DNA of 15,874 nucleotides from a virus (Duplodnaviria; Heunggongvirae; Uroviricota; Caudoviricetes): IMG/VR virus record IMGVR_UViG_2526164613_000013; one strand, 5' to 3'. Shown piece by piece: positions 14,240 to 15,874 of this stretch (position 1 is its first letter; each line of letters starts with the position of its first letter). The notes under the pieces were generated by a model. It saw only the letters and a program-made list of their open reading frames with translations, ran no database searches and was not told where the DNA came from. The position numbers and the translations under genes were made by a program.

Positions 14240-15288
14240 TTACCCGAGCACGCCGGTTGCAAAGGCGTGATCAAGAAAACGAAAAATTAAATCAACCTGG
14301 GAACCATGCTTTTCTTCGAACGCCAGCGGATCCGCATGAAGCTCGTTGTGATGCTCCCGACACAGCGGTAGCGTGAAAATATCGTGGGATTTTGTTCCCA
14401 TTCCGCCCTGACCATGACCAATCAGATGATGAGGATCGTCCGCTGGCTTACCACAACACGAACACGGCTGTGTCTTTACCCAGCGTGTGTATTTCTCATT
14501 TACCCAGCGGCGACGTTTAGGTCGTTTCATGAAGGATTCCGGAGACTCCGGATCAACGGCAATGCTGACCACCGTCTTTTCCTGTGGTGGGTTCTGTTGC
14601 TGGTGGGCGTGAGGCAGCGGCGCAAGATTTTTTGTGCGCTGTTTCAGTATGCTGGTGGCGGTCTGCTCTCCCGGTACGATGTCGCTTTCGCGGTACACCG
14701 AGCAGATTTTTTCCGCTGGTAATCCAGCGAGCGACGTAATACCGCTTCCGGTAGCGCGTCCGCCAGCTGATTGCGGACCGCCCACCAGGATAATTCAGCC
14801 AGAGATAATTCACGCTCCTGCGTACCGCTTATTGCGTGACCGATGACGTCAATCATCCATGCTGACAGGTTTTGATGAGCAAGTTGCTCGAGTGATTCGG
14901 ATGTCTGGTCACGCAGCTGGTTGTCGCAGAGCCAGCACAACACCATTGCGCCGGTACCATAACGGTGAATAACGGTTTCACTGTGATGATAGTCACCATG
15001 AGGCCACTGGCAGGATTTGACATGACGCAACAGCCGGTCAGACAGTGCACCAGCGCCACCAACAGCACGAATCACACGCTCATTGCTGAAAAACGGCAGT
15101 AATGATTTATCCTCCACCAGCGGCTGGCGAACAGTGGGAACCGCTCCGGATGGCAGCGCCCGCATGTTTTTCGGTTCCGGCTCAACCAGCACCCTGCTGT
15201 GATGAAAAACCGGCAGTGATTCGCGCCCGGGCTTAAGGACCACCAGCCCGAGTTCCGGTACCAGAACCGGTCGAAGTAATACCCGCAC
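14240..15288 (-). CDS. DUF968 / YdfU-like nin-region protein with a C-terminal Cys/His (HNH-like) motif; apparent frameshift in an A6 run near 14707-14712
   Basis: Two overlapping minus ORFs (14644..15288 and 14240..14785) whose frames converge at a homopolymer. C-terminal part contains CSCCGKP...HHLIGHGQGG...LPLCREHHNELH. Placement directly upstream of rusA and Q matches nin-region organisation. Confidence 0.6.
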
Positions 15289-15289
15289 G

Positions 15290-15568
15290 TTACCTCCAGA
15301 TGCGTTGCTGGAATGTGCGGGACGGACGCGGTGGGCGCTCGGAGTACGGCAGCCTGACGTAGATTATCCAGTGACGATAATCGAGGCTGAGGGCTTTCCT
15401 AAACTCATACCCACGTCTGCGGTAGTTCTGAATCAGCCATTCGGCCTGTTCTTCAGTGCATGGGGCGTGCCGGAACCAGTCAGATTTGAATGCATGAGAA
15501 CGCCGCCCGTGCCTGCTGGCAAAGACGGCTGAATTATCAGAATTGTGTAGTCTGGAATTTTGCGCCAT
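15290..15568 (-). CDS. Hypothetical 92-aa nin-region protein
   Basis: ATG with GGAG 8 nt upstream; its stop is 2 nt before the DUF968 start. Basic, Arg-rich protein (MAQNSRLHNSDNSAVFASRHGRR...WLIQNYRRRGYEFRKALSLDYRHWIIY) of no recognised family. Confidence 0.45.
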   Translation of the reverse strand: MAQNSRLHNSDNSAVFASRHGRRSHAFKSDWFRHAPCTEEQAEWLIQNYRRRGYEFRKALSLDYRHWIIYVRLPYSERPPRPSRTFQQRIWR

Positions 15569-15637
15569 CGGCTTTCTCCGGTGGCACAGTGTTACTCAAC
15601 AGGGGTTCAGCCCTGCGCTGAATTGTAGATGAATTCA

Positions 15638-15874
15638 CTAATCTTCAAAAGCAGAAAAACCAGCCTTAATCCCAGCTTCTTTCAGAGACGGCAACGATGT
15701 GACAAATTCATTTTCACGCAAAATAAAACCATCCGTCACAAGTCCATCCACAAAGTAAATTAACGCAGCTCCACTCTTCCTATGTAGAGACTGTAAACAT
15801 TTAATACGGCAGTGGCTGACAATAGCGCCCTTCTCAACGCGCACAGTATAGAGGCCATCTTCACTAAAAATTTC
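15638..15874 (-). CDS. 3' portion of a hypothetical phage gene whose 5' end lies beyond the window
   Basis: The reading frame stays open to the window edge: the 10 in-frame codons upstream of the track start have no stop. C-terminal sequence ...GAALIYFVDGLVTDGFILRENEFVTSLPSLKEAGIKAGFSAFED. Confidence 0.3.
   Translation of the reverse strand, partial: EIFSEDGLYTVRVEKGAIVSHCRIKCLQSLHRKSGAALIYFVDGLVTDGFILRENEFVTSLPSLKEAGIKAGFSAFED

Noticed and set aside
14146-15532. ORFs 14146..14376, 14384..14722, 14553..14813, 14634..14846, 14853..15068 and 15305..15532
   Set aside because: Alternative-frame or antisense overlaps of the rusA, DUF968 and 92-aa genes, with no independent support.
1-15874. Integrase, attL/attR, excisionase or IS/transposase genes
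   Set aside because: None found. The window covers only the Q-lysis-cos-head segment, so prophage boundaries and the integration module are outside it. The tRNA genes are phage cargo (the ileZ-argN-argO arrangement), not an integration target.

Overview
This window is the late/packaging segment of a lambda-like (lambdoid) prophage, almost certainly from E. coli or a close enterobacterial relative, with nearly every gene on the minus strand. All calls rest on my own reading and recall of homologs; nothing was searched or computed with tools. Reading from high to low coordinates: nin-region genes (partial ORF, 92-aa ORF, DUF968/YdfU-like, RusA), a QuuD-like Q antiterminator, an AT-rich moron island (CPBP-family membrane protease, small wHTH protein, AraC/Rns-like regulator), a tRNA ileZ-argN-argO cluster, a NanS-p-like sialate O-acetylesterase, a phage-21-type lysis cassette (pinholin, SAR endolysin, Rz/Rz1), a cos site with a cosN end identical to lambda, and the head genes Nu1, A, W and B (portal, running off the left edge). 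The most unusual features are two insertions inside the lysis cassette: an unrecognised 329-aa cytoplasmic ORF between holin and endolysin, and four tandem mini-ORFs for hydrophobic peptides between endolysin and Rz. Several genes carry single-base frameshifts in G/C or A/T runs (portal, terminase twice, RusA, DUF968, CPBP), and nanS-p is broken by a 22-bp tandem duplication. This points to a decaying cryptic prophage, although homopolymer sequencing errors cannot be excluded for the single-base cases. No integrase, attachment site, CRISPR array or IS element is visible.
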